A DNA stretch of 64,000 nt from Acidimicrobiia bacterium (GCA_965200835.1 OZ241390.1:2448416-2512415); one strand, 5' to 3'; positions 10,579-20,336 are shown, counted from the first letter of the stretch. Translations and numbers: made by a program. Notes: a model not told the origin generated them from the sequence alone.

Positions 10579-10763
10579 GCTCCAAGTTAGCGCCGACCAC
10601 CAGGCGAGTCCTGATTCGACAACCCTTGGACCTCGGCTGGGAGGGCCCGAGAACAGCTAAGGGTCACGATTACATGGTCAAGGGTCAACAAAAGGTACGC
10701 ATTCCCAATCCCCACCACCGAAAGGACCTTGGCGTGTGTTTACTTGTTCTGATCCTGAAATAG
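10575..10763 (+). CDS. HicA-like mRNA-interferase toxin (putative)
   Basis: A 62-aa ORF inside ORF 10506..10763. GWEGPRTAKGHDYMV...KVRIPNPHHRKDLG resembles the HicA core (GWxxxRxxGSH...HPxKDL). Confidence 0.45.
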   Translation: MSSKLAPTTRRVLIRQPLDLGWEGPRTAKGHDYMVKGQQKVRIPNPHHRKDLGVCLLVLILK

Positions 10764-10845
10764 GCAGACGAATCACGCCAGGAGTGGCTTGATACCCTAA
10801 AGTGATCTTGATAATTCATGAGATTTGGGTATCTACTTTGAGTAG

Positions 10846-11232
10846 TCAAACAGTGCCTAGTAAGGGTGTTATCGCGTAGGTTTTGCGCTCCGCAGAAGTT
10901 TCTCGAACGTAGCGGGTGCGATCGTGGGTGGTTGGTGCCCTGACCCACTCAAGCAGGTCTCTGTGGCCGGTCACGAGGTAATCGGCTGCCTGGTCCCGGG
11001 CAAGGGCCACAAGGTAGTCGTCGTCAACGTCACGGGTCTCCTGCTTGACCACCGCCGGGTTCGGGACAACTTCGGCTAGTCCCCGGATCGTTTTGATGTA
11101 GCGCTGGGCAACGTTGAGGTTGATCCACTTGCGCATCCTCGGACGACGGGTGAGGACGTCGGCGACCTCCGCGATTAGTTCCGGGCACATGACGATGTCG
11201 AAGTCCCTTGATCTGGTTAGCCAGCGCTGCAC
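10846..11232 (-). pseudogene. PIN-domain toxin fragment (TIGR00305-like, N-terminally truncated)
   Basis: The C-terminal two thirds of a PIN-family TA toxin (RDVDDDYLVALARDQAADYLVTGHRDLL) are present. The first about 30 aa with the DTNV motif are missing and an in-frame stop lies upstream. Confidence 0.4.
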
Positions 11233-11352
11233 GATTCGATACGACGGCCCGGACTGAGTCGCTGCGGATACCCAAACGTTGGATCAAGCATTACCCGCAC
11301 AGACGGCTGACGGAGCGGGCACGCCGACGACGCCGCACGGCCACGAACCTCT

Positions 11353-11712
11353 TTGCGTGACGAGATCCATCGTCTCGTCGACGGAGAGTTCAGAGTTGCG
11401 GCGACGTTCGCCACGAGATCCAACCGCGTACGAGACGCGTGGGCTGACTTTGACCCCGGTGCTGCACTCGACCGGCTTGCCTTATGGGCTGACATCGCCC
11501 TTTCCCATGCCTTCGTTCGTGGCACGGACGATCCTGCCGGACACATTGCGAGAGTCGCCGGTATAGAAGGTGCTTGGGCCTTCGGTGAAACCGAGCAGGA
11601 AGCACTCGACGAACTGAGGTCGGTGCTGATCGGTTGGGCACTCCGCAAGCTCGAAGGCGGAGACGACGATATTCCCAGCATGCGGGGCGTTCATCTCGTA
11701 GTCAAGCGATAA
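11353..11712 (+). CDS. HicB-like paralog (orphan)
   Basis: DDPAGHIARVAGIEGAWAFGETEQEALDELRSVLIGWALRKLEGGDDDIPSMRG is about 65% identical to the C-terminus of the 10096..10578 ORF. No partner toxin ORF lies downstream. Confidence 0.45.
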   Translation: MRDEIHRLVDGEFRVAATFATRSNRVRDAWADFDPGAALDRLALWADIALSHAFVRGTDDPAGHIARVAGIEGAWAFGETEQEALDELRSVLIGWALRKLEGGDDDIPSMRGVHLVVKR

Positions 11713-11770
11713 GTCGGACGCTATCGCTCGACCACGAGGGATGGGATCAGCCCGGCCTTCCAGGCTTTGC

Positions 11771-12019
11771 CTACTGATCGGGCCGGTGAGTGCCATCCCG
11801 GCGGAGCGAGACGGCGGTGACGACCAGACCGAACAGGGCGATCACGACTGCTATACCCAGGAGTAGGGCGACTACCACCGGTATACCTCCGAGCAAGGCA
11901 CCGAGTCCGAGGACCACCATACCGAGCAGGACAGCGGAGGCTCCGCCTACCACCAGGCTGACCAACCCGAAGTCGGCCAGAGAACTCCCGGACCTCCGTT
12001 CTTGTCGGTCGCCCGTCAA
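11771..12019 (-). CDS. small hydrophobic membrane protein (hypothetical)
   Basis: 82-aa ORF with two strongly hydrophobic helices. Could be the second half of a frameshifted membrane gene together with 12016..12306. Confidence 0.25.
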   Translation of the reverse strand: MTGDRQERRSGSSLADFGLVSLVVGGASAVLLGMVVLGLGALLGGIPVVVALLLGIAVVIALFGLVVTAVSLRRDGTHRPDQ

Positions 12020-12306
12020 GGCTCGGTGGGTCGGTGGTCGTCAGGCCGGGCGGATGGTGTTTCGGCATCGAGCTTTCGAGCCTGCTGGTTGTCCCGCCAC
12101 TCCCGGAGGGAACGGTCGGCCAGGACCACCACCACCCCGACACCTGCGGCAGCAACCAGACCGGAAGCCAGCGCGATGACCGGACCCATGATCGGACTAC
12201 ACGAGGTGTCTGCACATCCCACCGCCGTGACCGTCCAGCCGATGAAGCCTCCCACCAGCCCGGCGCCCACCACCGGTAAGAAGAAGCTGTAGCGGAGTCG
12301 GGCCAT
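12016..12306 (-). CDS. small membrane protein (hypothetical)
   Basis: 96-aa ORF with two TM helices, adjacent to and in a different frame from 11771..12019. Confidence 0.25.
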   Translation of the reverse strand: MARLRYSFFLPVVGAGLVGGFIGWTVTAVGCADTSCSPIMGPVIALASGLVAAAGVGVVVVLADRSLREWRDNQQARKLDAETPSARPDDHRPTEP

Positions 12307-12307
12307 C

Positions 12308-13069
12308 TCAACCGTTCCTTTCCAGGGGACGCCCTCGACGATCGTACCCGGCCGCCTCCATCAGGCCCGGAGGGGTCAGTTCAGGAAGGATCGAGACCGA
12401 GCTGACTCGGTGGGGGTCCAGCGGCATGACGGCCAGGCGAGCATCAGCGGTCCAGGCCAGGAACGTCAGCGTGGAGACGGTCACCAGCAGCCCGGCGGCC
12501 GCGACAGGTTGCAGACCCAGGACGGAGACGATACCCAGCGGCAGCAGACCCAGACGCACCAACCACAACGCCCCTGGGAGGGCTCGGGCATATGCCCAAC
12601 CGCCCAACCATCCGAAGGCGACCAGTACCCATCCGGATGGGCTCACCCCCGGATCCCCGAGACCGCCCACGACTGCCGGTAGCCAGATCAGGCCGAGGGC
12701 GAGCATGGTCGCTCGGGTGGGGACCCGATCGGGTTTCACCTGGAGAAACCAACTGTCCAGGGATCGGGTCCAGGCCAGCGTCACGCCGGCTCCATGGGTT
12801 ACCAGCGCCATGATCCACCACATGTCCACCGGAAGGGCGATGGCAACCACCGCCCAGGCCCCGGCTATCACCGCTACGGAGTTCCGCACCCATCTGCCAG
12901 GGGACAGCAGCAGGGCGACCACGTTTACGGCGGTGGCCAGCAGCAGGCCGGCGGCCAGCAAGGTAGCGCTGTGGCTGTCCCACCGCGAAGTCTGGAATGC
13001 CAGGCGCCCGGTCCACAACAGGCTGCCGAGCAGGATGCCGACCGCCGCGGCCGTGACTCTGTAAGGCAC
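12308..13069 (-). CDS. integral membrane protein (hypothetical)
   Basis: ORF 12308..13207 with at least 7 hydrophobic helices. A GTG at 13069 avoids overlap with the divergent NUDIX gene. Confidence 0.4.
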   Translation of the reverse strand: MPYRVTAAAVGILLGSLLWTGRLAFQTSRWDSHSATLLAAGLLLATAVNVVALLLSPGRWVRNSVAVIAGAWAVVAIALPVDMWWIMALVTHGAGVTLAWTRSLDSWFLQVKPDRVPTRATMLALGLIWLPAVVGGLGDPGVSPSGWVLVAFGWLGGWAYARALPGALWLVRLGLLPLGIVSVLGLQPVAAAGLLVTVSTLTFLAWTADARLAVMPLDPHRVSSVSILPELTPPGLMEAAGYDRRGRPLERNG

Positions 13070-13123
13070 GCCTCTATTGTGGCGCGCCGGGACGGGTGAT
13101 GGGAACCTCGGTACGATGGTCGG

Positions 13124-13648
13124 ATGGCAGTGCCGGGCATCGATCAACCGTGGCCGGGCGAGGCCGTGTTCTGTTCCGACTGCGGGACGCGCCTGGAGCG
13201 CCTCCACAGATACGGCCGGGATCGGGGCGTATGTCCCGGTTGCGGCCGGATCGATTTCCGGTCACCCTCCCTGGCGGTGGCAGTCGTCCTGCGCGACTCC
13301 CGGGGTCGGGTCCTGCTGGTCAAGCGTGGTCCGGGATCCTCTCGCCCAGGCTTGTGGTCCATTCCGGCGGGTTACATGGATTACGGGGAGGAAGTACGAG
13401 CGGCTGGTGCCCGTGAGGTGCTCGAGGAGACCGGCCTGGTCGTGGAGCTGGGTGCGCCGGTGTTCGTGGCTACCAACTTCCACGATCCCCTCAAGGTGAG
13501 CGTCTGTATCTGGTTCGACGGGAGGGTGGTGGCCGGTGACCCGGTGGCCGGATCGGACGCGGTGGAGGTGGGTTGGTTCCGCCTCGATGAGCTTCCAGAG
13601 CTTGCCTTCGATACCGATACGGAGCTCTTCTCGAAGATGGAAGGCTGA
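13124..13648 (+). CDS. NUDIX hydrolase with N-terminal zinc ribbon
   Basis: CSDCG...CPGCG zinc ribbon followed by the Nudix box GYMDYGEEVRAAGAREVLEETG. Confidence 0.8.
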   Translation: MAVPGIDQPWPGEAVFCSDCGTRLERLHRYGRDRGVCPGCGRIDFRSPSLAVAVVLRDSRGRVLLVKRGPGSSRPGLWSIPAGYMDYGEEVRAAGAREVLEETGLVVELGAPVFVATNFHDPLKVSVCIWFDGRVVAGDPVAGSDAVEVGWFRLDELPELAFDTDTELFSKMEG

Positions 13649-13714
13649 GCAGGCAATTCCCACCCCGGGCCACCGATCGGCTGGTCCGTTCGCAGGCCAC
13701 CCGCCAGGGTCCGG

Positions 13715-14380
13715 TTAGTGGTCGGCTCCCAGGTCCGGTACCCGCCGGGCCAGCTGGCGCCAGGGCGTTCCGGGCGCAAGGCTGACGATCTCGCAGTGAC
13801 GCGGTTTGGCTTCGTGCAGCAGATCGAGAGGCTGGCCGGTGAGCAGTAGCCGGGCTGCCTGGATCGGATCCTGGTGGGCAACTATCACTACCTCCTCATC
13901 CTGGTGGTTTCTCGCCAGGTCGGAGATGGCGCCGCCCACCCGGGTGGCCAGGTCCTCGACCGATTCGGGTGAGAAGTCCATCTCGAGGGGAGTGGTCAGA
14001 TAGGTGTTGAGCTCGCCGGGCCGGAGGGTGTCGAGCTGCGACCAGGGGAGTCCTCTCCATCGGCTCAGCAGGGCCCACTCGGTCAGCTCCGGTATCGGTT
14101 GGCAGGCCAGCCCATGGGGGGTGGCGATCGTCGTAGCCGTTTCCCTCGCCCGGTCGAGGGGGGAGGTGTACACCGCCCGGATGGGTCGGGATGCCAGGTG
14201 GTCCCGCACCCAGGCCGCCTGCCGGCGGCCTCGCTCGCTCAGGCTGAATCCGGGAAGGTCCGCGTAGACGACCTGGTGGGGGTTCTCCACCTCGCCATGG
14301 CGAACCAGATGCGCTACGGAACCCATCGCGTCCAGGCTAGCTCCGGTAGTGGGAACTCTCACCTCATGAGGACTCACCAT
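13715..14380 (-). CDS. histidine phosphatase family protein (phosphoglycerate-mutase-like)
   Basis: LVRHGE catalytic motif near the N-terminus. An alternative start is M at 14326. Confidence 0.75.
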   Translation of the reverse strand: MVSPHEVRVPTTGASLDAMGSVAHLVRHGEVENPHQVVYADLPGFSLSERGRRQAAWVRDHLASRPIRAVYTSPLDRARETATTIATPHGLACQPIPELTEWALLSRWRGLPWSQLDTLRPGELNTYLTTPLEMDFSPESVEDLATRVGGAISDLARNHQDEEVVIVAHQDPIQAARLLLTGQPLDLLHEAKPRHCEIVSLAPGTPWRQLARRVPDLGADH

Positions 14381-14488
14381 CGAAGTCTGTCATGGCCCGA
14401 GCGGGGATGTCACAGGAGTCCGGTAAGGTACGAACATATGTACGCCCGCTCGCTCTACGATTCCCATCCACGCCGATAGGGCTATCCG

Positions 14489-15730
14489 ATGACCGAGCGC
14501 AGGATTGCGGAACCCATCCTTCATGTCGATATGGATGCCTTCTTCGTGGAGGTGGAACGCCGGGACGGCCTCGCGCCTCGTGGACGCCCGGTGGTAGTGG
14601 GCGCCGATGCCCGGCGGGGGGTGGTGGCATCGGCATCCTACGAGGCGAGGTCCTTCGAAGTCCGCTCGGCCATGCCGATGGTCCGGGCCCGACGCCTCTG
14701 TCCCGGTTTGGTAGTAGTGCCGCCCCGCCACCGGCGGTACGGCGAGGTGTCCGACCAGGTGTTCTCGATTTTCCGGGATTTCACACCGCTGGTGGAAGGG
14801 CTGTCGCTCGATGAGGCGTTCCTGGATGTACGCGGCCGGCGCCGTCACTATGCCGACAGCCGGACGGTGGCGGAGGAGATCAGGGCCCGCATCAGGGACG
14901 AACTGCGGCTCCCGGCTTCGGTAGGTGCCGCCACCTGTCTGTACCTGGCCAAGATGGCTTCGGGGAAGGCCAAGCCCGACGGCGTGTTCATAGTTGTTGA
15001 GAGAACCGAGCGGGCCTTCCTGGATGACCTGGATGTACGGGAGCTGTGGGGGGTCGGAAGGGCTACCAGCACCAGGCTGGGCTCGATGGGGATCACGACT
15101 ATCGGCGACCTGGCCCGAATACCCGCCTCCCTCCTCGAGCGACACCTGGGACCGGGGCTCGGCCAGCACCTGCACCGTCTGGCCAACGGTATCGACGAGC
15201 GGAAAGTGAAGCCCAGCCACGACGCCCGATCGATCTCGGCCGAGCAGACCAACGGCACGGACATTTCGGGTACCGAAGTGTTACAGGCCCGGCTGCTGCA
15301 GCTGGCGGATCGAGTCTCATGGCGGCTCCGCCGGGCGGGCCTCCGTGGGCGAACTGTCTCCCTCAAGCTCCGGTATTCCGACTTCGATACCGTGACCCGC
15401 TCCGAGACCCTGGGCACCGCCACCGATCTGTTGCGCGACGTATACCAGTCCAGTTGCCGGTTGCTCGACCGGGTCGGAGTTGGCGACCGGCCAGTCCGGC
15501 TGCTCGGCATCTCCGTCACCGGTTTGCAGCCGGATAGCGCTCCGCAGCAGCTGCTGGTCGACCGGGACGAGCGTTGGGAGGACCTTGCCGAGGCGGTGGA
15601 CCAGGTGCGGCTGCGTTTCGGCCGCAGGACCGTGGTACCCGCCCGAATCGGGAGTGATGGATCATCCACCGCCTTGGAGGCGCCGGGTCAGCCGACCCGG
15701 GTTAGGGGTCACCGGGGGCGGGTTCCCTAG
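14489..15730 (+). CDS. dinB: DNA polymerase IV (Y-family)
   Basis: ILHVDMDAFFVEVE and SLDEAFLDV motifs. 413 aa. Confidence 0.9.
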   Translation: MTERRIAEPILHVDMDAFFVEVERRDGLAPRGRPVVVGADARRGVVASASYEARSFEVRSAMPMVRARRLCPGLVVVPPRHRRYGEVSDQVFSIFRDFTPLVEGLSLDEAFLDVRGRRRHYADSRTVAEEIRARIRDELRLPASVGAATCLYLAKMASGKAKPDGVFIVVERTERAFLDDLDVRELWGVGRATSTRLGSMGITTIGDLARIPASLLERHLGPGLGQHLHRLANGIDERKVKPSHDARSISAEQTNGTDISGTEVLQARLLQLADRVSWRLRRAGLRGRTVSLKLRYSDFDTVTRSETLGTATDLLRDVYQSSCRLLDRVGVGDRPVRLLGISVTGLQPDSAPQQLLVDRDERWEDLAEAVDQVRLRFGRRTVVPARIGSDGSSTALEAPGQPTRVRGHRGRVP

Positions 15731-15834
15731 CGCCGCCGTGCCCGGCGCGGCCAGGACGATGGGAGTCCATCCACTTTCTTGCCTGCGGTGGCGCGTATAC
15801 TGGTGGGGCACTGCGGACTACGGGAGCGGCTTCT

Positions 15835-16170
15835 ATGCCACTGGATGAGCGGGAGCAACAGATACTCGAGGAGATCGAGCGACAGTTCCGAGTCGAAGAC
15901 CCCGAGTTCGATCGTCGCGCCTCCTCCATTGCTCGACAACACCACCGGAAACTCCGATTACCCATCTCGGGCGCGGCTGCCGGTCTCGTGCTGCTCAGTA
16001 CCTTCTGGCTCGACGGGATAGGCACGTGGCTAGCCCTTGCGGGATTCGGCCTGATGGTCCTGTCCATCAGCGCACTGGTTCAGATCCGGAATGGCTTCAC
16101 CAAGCACGGCGGCCAGCCGCGCGATTTCCTCTCGAGCGCGAGAAACGCCCGCTGGCCGTTCCGTAGCTGA
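15835..16170 (+). CDS. DUF3040-family membrane protein
   Basis: MPLDEREQQILEEIERQF N-terminus followed by two TM helices. Confidence 0.65.
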   Translation: MPLDEREQQILEEIERQFRVEDPEFDRRASSIARQHHRKLRLPISGAAAGLVLLSTFWLDGIGTWLALAGFGLMVLSISALVQIRNGFTKHGGQPRDFLSSARNARWPFRS

Positions 16171-16322
16171 GCCTCGCCTTCGGCTAGAGTTAGGCTCTGA
16201 GGCGGAGGAGTTCGATTGCATGGCACGTTCTTTCGCGTCGCCTGCTGCAACCGTCACGCGGTTGCACGAGGAGTTGATAGTCGGTTGGGGGTAGCGGGGG
16301 CGCTCCCCAGGATCCGAGGGAG

Positions 16323-16820
16323 TTGATCTTGACAGAGGGCTTCACCGCTACACAGGCATCGAGACTGACAGGATGTACGCCTTCACAGCTTCGATATTGG
16401 GACACGGTCCGGCTGGTGCAGCCGTCCATCCAGAGGACGGGTGGTCGTCCCGGGGTCCCGCGCCTGTATGCGTTTCAAGATCTCGTACAGCTCCGAGCCA
16501 TCCGGAGCCTCAAGGACAACGGCATGTCCCTTCAACGGATCAGGCGAGCTTGGGGTTACCTGCGGCGCAAGGGTGTAGACCCGCGTCAGGCGAAGCTGGC
16601 CACCGACGGAGGTTCGATCTTCGAAGTCTTGCCGGAGGATGACCAGATTGTCGATGTGCTCCTCGAAGGGCAGTTGGCGTTCTTCGTGAAGCTGGACGAG
16701 ATCGGCCAAGACGTCGAGGAGGATGACTGCCTCTTCGAGTTCGACCGCGATCGATTCCTCGCCGTGGTGCGTGACACTCGAGACGACACCCTGAGCAGGA
16801 TGGCCAGCGCTGCCGGCTAG
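16323..16820 (+). CDS. MerR-family transcriptional regulator
   Basis: N-terminal HTH (FTATQASRLTGCTPSQLRYWDTVRLVQP) followed by an acidic C-terminal domain. Lies 30 nt upstream of the ATPase gene. Confidence 0.65.
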   Translation: MILTEGFTATQASRLTGCTPSQLRYWDTVRLVQPSIQRTGGRPGVPRLYAFQDLVQLRAIRSLKDNGMSLQRIRRAWGYLRRKGVDPRQAKLATDGGSIFEVLPEDDQIVDVLLEGQLAFFVKLDEIGQDVEEDDCLFEFDRDRFLAVVRDTRDDTLSRMASAAG

Positions 16821-16850
16821 CGCTCCTCCGCCAACCTACAGCTCCCTCCG

Positions 16851-18187
16851 ATGCTCGAACGCGTCTACATCGAGAACTACAAGTGCCTGGCCGACTTCGA
16901 GCTGACGTTCGAAGACAGCGCAACGCTACTCCTAGGTCCGGACGGGGCTGGCAAGACGGCAGTGCTCGATGCGGTCTATGGGCTTTGCAAGTTGCTCGCC
17001 GCAGAAGTCAAGATCAGCGACCCGATAGCATTTCCGGCGTCAACTCTCACTCGTTGGCAAACCTGCCGCCATCAGGAGTTCGGGCTTCAGGTACGGGTGG
17101 GTGTCGACAGGTTCGTCTATGTGCTCCGGATCGAGCACGATGCTGGTACCGCGACTTCCTACGTCGCACGGGAGGAGCTGGTCGGTGGGGACACGGTGTT
17201 GTTCCGGTGCGCGAAGGGACAGGTGCAGCTCTTCGGTGATGACGGCTCGGAGGGACCAACCTATAGGACAGACGGGAGCGACTCTGCTCTGGCAAGGGTC
17301 GTGCCACACCCGTCCAACACGCGGATTACGTCCTTCCTCGATGTAGTTCGTAACACGGTGGTCTGTACCATCAATCCGTACGGTCTCCGCTCCGAGTCGA
17401 GTCGGGAGGACCGGCTTCTGGACCGCTACGCTTCGAACTTCGTCGATTGGTATCGCAATGCTGTCCAGGAGACCCCGGCACTGGCCCGCGATCATCTAGA
17501 AGCTTTGCGGTCGGCGATCGAGGGTTTCGACGACCTCCACCTCATGCAGTCCGGCCTTGTCACCCGGACGATGGTGCTCAGATTCACCGGCGGGCAGGAC
17601 GTCGAGTCATACAGACTCAGCTTCGGTGAGCTCTCTGAAGGGCAGCGGACACTGATTGTGCTCTACGGGTTGTTGCAGCTCGGTATCGCGCGAGGGATGT
17701 CTGTTTGATGTTGGACGAGCCGGACAACTATGTGCCGCTTCGCGAGATACAGCCGTGGTTGATGACCTTGGTAGACGTATGCGAGGAGACATCCTCCAAA
17801 GCCATCATCTGCTCGCATCACCCGGAGGTGATCGACTACCTAGGACCGACGCAGGGGAGGATCCTCCAACGCAACGCAGCTGGCGCAATGACCGCTCTAA
17901 AGGTCAACCTCCCTTCGGTGGGCCCGGCGCTCAAACTATCCGAACTCCTGGCCCGCGGATGGGTTGTTGAAGTAGGGTGTCCCCGGTTGTCCTGCTTCGT
18001 GAGCACAAGATTGTCAGGTGTGCGTCTACGGCCATTTCCCGCCCGGCTTCAGCATCGGGACGGCTGCGTCAAATGTCACCGATGCGACTTCTCAGGCCAG
18101 CTTCCCATCGTTTTCAAGCCCATCTGTCCGGAAGGTACGTGTGAGGTGCTGGCTACTAGGTACGCCGGAGGGCTCGGCGCCACCTGA
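16851..18187 (+). pseudogene. AAA_15/AAA_21-type ABC-like ATPase, disrupted by a -1 frameshift near 17700
   Basis: ORF 16851..17708 carries Walker A (LLGPDGAGKTAVL) and an ABC-signature-like LSEGQRTL. ORF 17705..18187 continues in the -1 frame with Walker B/D-loop (LMLDEPDNY) and H-loop (ICSHHPE). Confidence 0.6.
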
Positions 18188-18409
18188 GGAACTCCACCAG
18201 CTCGGTGGGGGAAAGTGGGTGGTCGGCCCGGCCGTAGGCGGTGATCAGGCGCCACTGCAGGTAGCTGGGTTCGGGTCGGGGGAGAAAGGGCATCCGGGTG
18301 GGCCATCCGGGCCCAGCGCTCGCGATGGCCATGAGCACTGCCTCGACCACCAGCCAGGGATGGCGAGCCAGCGCTCGTAGGAAGCCCAGCGTCAACCCGT
18401 CCATCGACC

Positions 18410-18982
18410 TCAGTCGGGTTGGTTACCTGGCTTCCACTTGATCGAGCATCCCATGGAGGGGTTTTGGGCAACAGTGACCGGCCGGTCGGCCAGCACCGCG
18501 TCCAGCGCGGCGCGCAGGTCCTTGCCCGTTACCGGCACTCCCGAGTTCGGCCGGGAACTGTCGAACCTTCCCCGATACACGAGCTCCCGCTCCGGCCCGA
18601 ACAGGAAGAAGTCCGGTGTGCAGGCTGCTGTGTAAGCCTGGGCGACCTCCTGGGTCTCGTCGAAGAGAACCGGGAAGTTGTAACCGCGCCGGCGGGCTAC
18701 TTCTCCCAGCCGCTCGGGTGCGTCATCAGGATAGGTGGTGGCGTCATTGGCGCTTATCCCGACAATGGCTACGTCCGCCCCCGCGTAGTCGGCGCTGAAC
18801 TCGGCCAGACCCTGCTGGATATGCACCACGTATGGGCAGTGGTTGCACAGGAAGATGACTACCAGGCCTTTGCGGTCGGACAGATCGGCCAAACTCACCC
18901 GACCGCCGCTAACGGTATCCATCAGGTCGAAATCAGGGGCTGGAGTCCCCAGCGACATCATTCTGGACTTTTCGAGGGCCAT
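18410..18982 (-). CDS. thioredoxin-fold / redoxin-family protein
   Basis: Redoxin-like domain with CNHCPY. An alternative start is MMSLGTPAPDF at 18961. Confidence 0.7.
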   Translation of the reverse strand: MALEKSRMMSLGTPAPDFDLMDTVSGGRVSLADLSDRKGLVVIFLCNHCPYVVHIQQGLAEFSADYAGADVAIVGISANDATTYPDDAPERLGEVARRRGYNFPVLFDETQEVAQAYTAACTPDFFLFGPERELVYRGRFDSSRPNSGVPVTGKDLRAALDAVLADRPVTVAQNPSMGCSIKWKPGNQPD

Positions 18983-19132
18983 TTCCTAGCTCCAGGTAGG
19001 GGACAGGTCAGAGAAACCAGGATAGCCCATGCGTCATCTAGGTATCCGCCAGCCGGATCGGATCGCAGCCAGACCTCCAGGCAGTCGACCGATCCAGGGT
19101 GATCCTCCGGTCGGACGTCACTCCCCGCTCGC

Positions 19133-19696
19133 TCAGCCGGGCTCGGCCTGTAGGTATGGCACCCAGCGCGGGTCGCGTCCTTTACCGAGGGCGGTATACA
19201 GCCAGCCCTGGTAAGTGGGGGTCACCGGCGGTCTGGCCAGCTTCAAGCCCACCTGGTGGGGTAGCAGGCTGCCCTTGCGCACGTTGCATCGCCGGCAGCA
19301 GGCCACCACGTTCTCCCAGGTGTTGGTGCCGCCGCGGGCCTTGGGTACCACGTGGTCGAGGCTGTCCGCCGGTGCGCGGCAGTACTGGCATCGGTGACTG
19401 TCGCGGGCGAACACCGCGGTACGAGTGAGGGGAACCCGCCGGTGGTAGGGGACCTTGACGTAGTTGCGCAGGCGAACGACCGAGGGGATCTCGAAGGTGT
19501 GCTCCGCGCTACGCCAGACCTGGTCGGCGACTGCCAGGGTGTCCGCCTTGGCTCGAAGTACCAGTACCACCGCTCGGCGCGCGCTCACGATCGACAGAGG
19601 CTCGTACGTAGCGTTGAGCACCAGAGTTCGATTGGCCACGTTGCTCCGTTCCCGACGCTGTGGCAACGATACCAAGCCGTGGGGGTTCATCCCCAT
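19133..19696 (-). CDS. HNH endonuclease
   Basis: HRCQYCRAPADSLDHVVPKARGGTNTWENVVACCRRCNVRKG HNH motif. Confidence 0.8.
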   Translation of the reverse strand: MGMNPHGLVSLPQRRERSNVANRTLVLNATYEPLSIVSARRAVVLVLRAKADTLAVADQVWRSAEHTFEIPSVVRLRNYVKVPYHRRVPLTRTAVFARDSHRCQYCRAPADSLDHVVPKARGGTNTWENVVACCRRCNVRKGSLLPHQVGLKLARPPVTPTYQGWLYTALGKGRDPRWVPYLQAEPG

Positions 19697-19821
19697 CCTC
19701 CCTAGCGGGGTGCGGGCGGATCCTGATCTCGAAGCTCGACCCGTCCGGCCGCTGGTGACTTCGCCTTCAGGCCGTCGAAAAGACGTGGAAGCCGTCGAAC
19801 GCGTGCTATGGTCCAGTCCCT

Positions 19822-19877
19822 GTGGGGGCCAGTGGAGGAAAAAGGTAGACAGTGGGAAATAAGACCAGTAAAGTGGG
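19822..19877 (+). promoter_or_regulatory. putative MraZ operator / dcw promoter region
   Basis: Four direct GTGG(G/A) repeats at 19822, 19832, 19852 and 19873, spaced 10/20/21 bp (helical phasing), 45-100 bp upstream of the mraZ start. MraZ is known to bind phased GTGGG repeats in its own promoter. Confidence 0.4.
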
Positions 19878-19919
19878 TAGTCAGTTGAGATCCGGCGACC
19901 AGCGGCAGGCGAGATTTCC

Positions 19920-20336
19920 GTGTTTCTCGGTCAGTACAAGCGCACGATGGATGCCAAGGGCCGATTAGTGGTTCCCGCTCGGTATCGCCACGAGTTGTCG
20001 AGTGGCTGTGTCATCACCAAGGGTCAGGAACGATGCCTCGCCGTTTTCACCCCGAGCAGTTGGGAGCAGAGGGTCGCCAGGTACGAAGAGCTACGTCGGT
20101 CGTCCGAGGATGACCCCGAAGCAGCACGCGATGTCAGGAGTATGAGGAGAAGCGCCTATGCCGCGGCGGCTGAGCAGGCAATGGATGCAGCCGGTCGGAT
20201 CCAGCTTCCTGCCCATCTACGCAAATTCGCAGGGCTGGGCCGGAAGGTGACAGTGATCGGTGTCCACGACCGCGCCGAGATCTGGAATTCAGAAGCGTGG
20301 GAGGAGTATGAGCAAGCGGCTGACGACCATTACTAG
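19920..20336 (+). CDS. mraZ: transcriptional regulator MraZ
   Basis: 138 aa, starting with GTG (encoded V, FLGQYKRTMDAKGRLVVPARYR). Two MraZ half-domains. First gene of the dcw cluster. Confidence 0.9.
   Translation: MFLGQYKRTMDAKGRLVVPARYRHELSSGCVITKGQERCLAVFTPSSWEQRVARYEELRRSSEDDPEAARDVRSMRRSAYAAAAEQAMDAAGRIQLPAHLRKFAGLGRKVTVIGVHDRAEIWNSEAWEEYEQAADDHY

Noticed and set aside
14390-15220. 276-aa minus ORF and other 60-270 aa ORFs overlapping dinB, dnaE, ileS, mur genes, etc.
   Set aside because: All are nested in or antisense to strongly supported genes, with Arg/Pro/Gly-rich translations. They are shadow ORFs.
18156-18404. 82-aa minus-strand ORF between the AAA ATPase and the thioredoxin gene
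   Set aside because: It is short, has no motif and overlaps the 3' end of the ATPase frame. There is not enough evidence to call a gene.
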